Position numbers and translations under genes: made by a program. DNA of 62,899 bases, counting the filler, from Choristocarpus tenellus KU-1152 (Eukaryota; Protista; Phaeophyceae), in the NCBI GenBank assembly GCA_964200185.2. It is 10 parts of 10 records of this genome, joined end to end, with 100 filler letters (N's around TTAATTAATTAA, not from the genome) between each part and the next. Parts side by side here need not be neighbours in the genome. Positions count along the whole stretch, not along the records: positions 59,292 to 62,899 come from CAXNAD020018985.1; 9 more parts are not named here. The stretch is one strand, 5' to 3'. The notes under the pieces were generated by a model. It was not told where the DNA came from. It did not search any database and saw only the letters and a list, made by a program, of their open reading frames with translations. Shown here one piece after another: positions 62,163 to 62,899 of this stretch (the stretch's first letter is position 1; each line of letters begins with the position of its first letter).

Positions 62163-62899
62163 CACCCATCCATAGCTGTCAAGATGAAATGTTCTCGACT
62201 TGAGTATGGAAGCAATCCAACCCAAAGCATACGAAACATACCTGCTTGTCGATTGCACTTGGCAAAGGTTTTTTCCAAGGTGTGGAGGCGTAACACGTTA
62301 GCAACACTTTCTTTGTAACACTATGTTATCGCTATGTTACCGCTTTGTGTTGAAGTTTTGTGAAGCGATAAGTGTTCCGTACTTGACGTGTTGTGTTTTA
62401 TTTTTCGGGACGGATTGTTATGCAACATAACATAACGTAACGTAACATAACATAACATAACATAACACTAGGATGTGTATTATATTGTCCAAGCGGTGCG
62501 AACTGCTGGATCGGGTTTTCATTTTCTCAACACACAGCCATGATTTTATAATCCCCACCTCACGATATCATAGAACCAGAATGAATTGGGTTATTTAGTT
62601 TTCTTCAATGAATCTGAAATGAATGAATCTAAGGGTGAGACCGATGTTTCTATTTTTTAAGTTGAATGGGACTCAGAGGGGAGGGGGAGGGCCATCGCGG
62701 AATAAAATATTTGGGTTAGGGTTAGGGTTAGGCCTCAATTGTATCTATACTTAGATTTTGTGTCCCCATAGGAATGCTGCATTGATGGGGGTTTTGTTTT
62801 GTTGTTGTTTTTGGGGGGGGAGGGCCTGTGAAAAAAAAAAACAATAATTTATTTTTTTGAATAATTATGGTAATAATTATATTTTTTGTTTTTTTAATA

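Noticed and set aside
62713-62732. True chromosome end
   Set aside because: Only about 3 units with unique sequence on both sides; interstitial like the others.

Overview
Intron-rich, repeat-rich eukaryotic nuclear DNA. Gene content and TTAGGG repeats suggest a photosynthetic stramenopile, probably a brown alga (inference). The window is about 10 contigs joined by N44-TTAATTAATTAA-N44 spacers, so gene adjacency across spacers means nothing. Genes rebuilt by hand from GT-AG exons: a complete 9-exon mannose-6-phosphate isomerase (-), an 829-aa PPR protein with no CDS introns (-), a secreted Cys-rich/VWD-like protein (+), a partial SAM-dependent methyltransferase (+), the 5' part of a two-pore channel (-), two XRN1 exons (+) and an unidentified two-exon fragment. 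Between genes lie decayed Gypsy, RTE-like LINE, CRE/RLE-like, DIRS-like and IS630/Tc1-like remnants plus two related MITE families. The most striking signal is more than 30 short interstitial (TTAGGG)n/(CCCTAA)n tracts. Several overwrite recognisable sequence in register with 3-4 nt microhomologies (an integrase motif, a MITE TIR), one is a head-to-head pair, and others sit at splice-signal positions. This suggests pervasive telomerase-like patching of internal DNA breaks, with possible co-option as splice signals.
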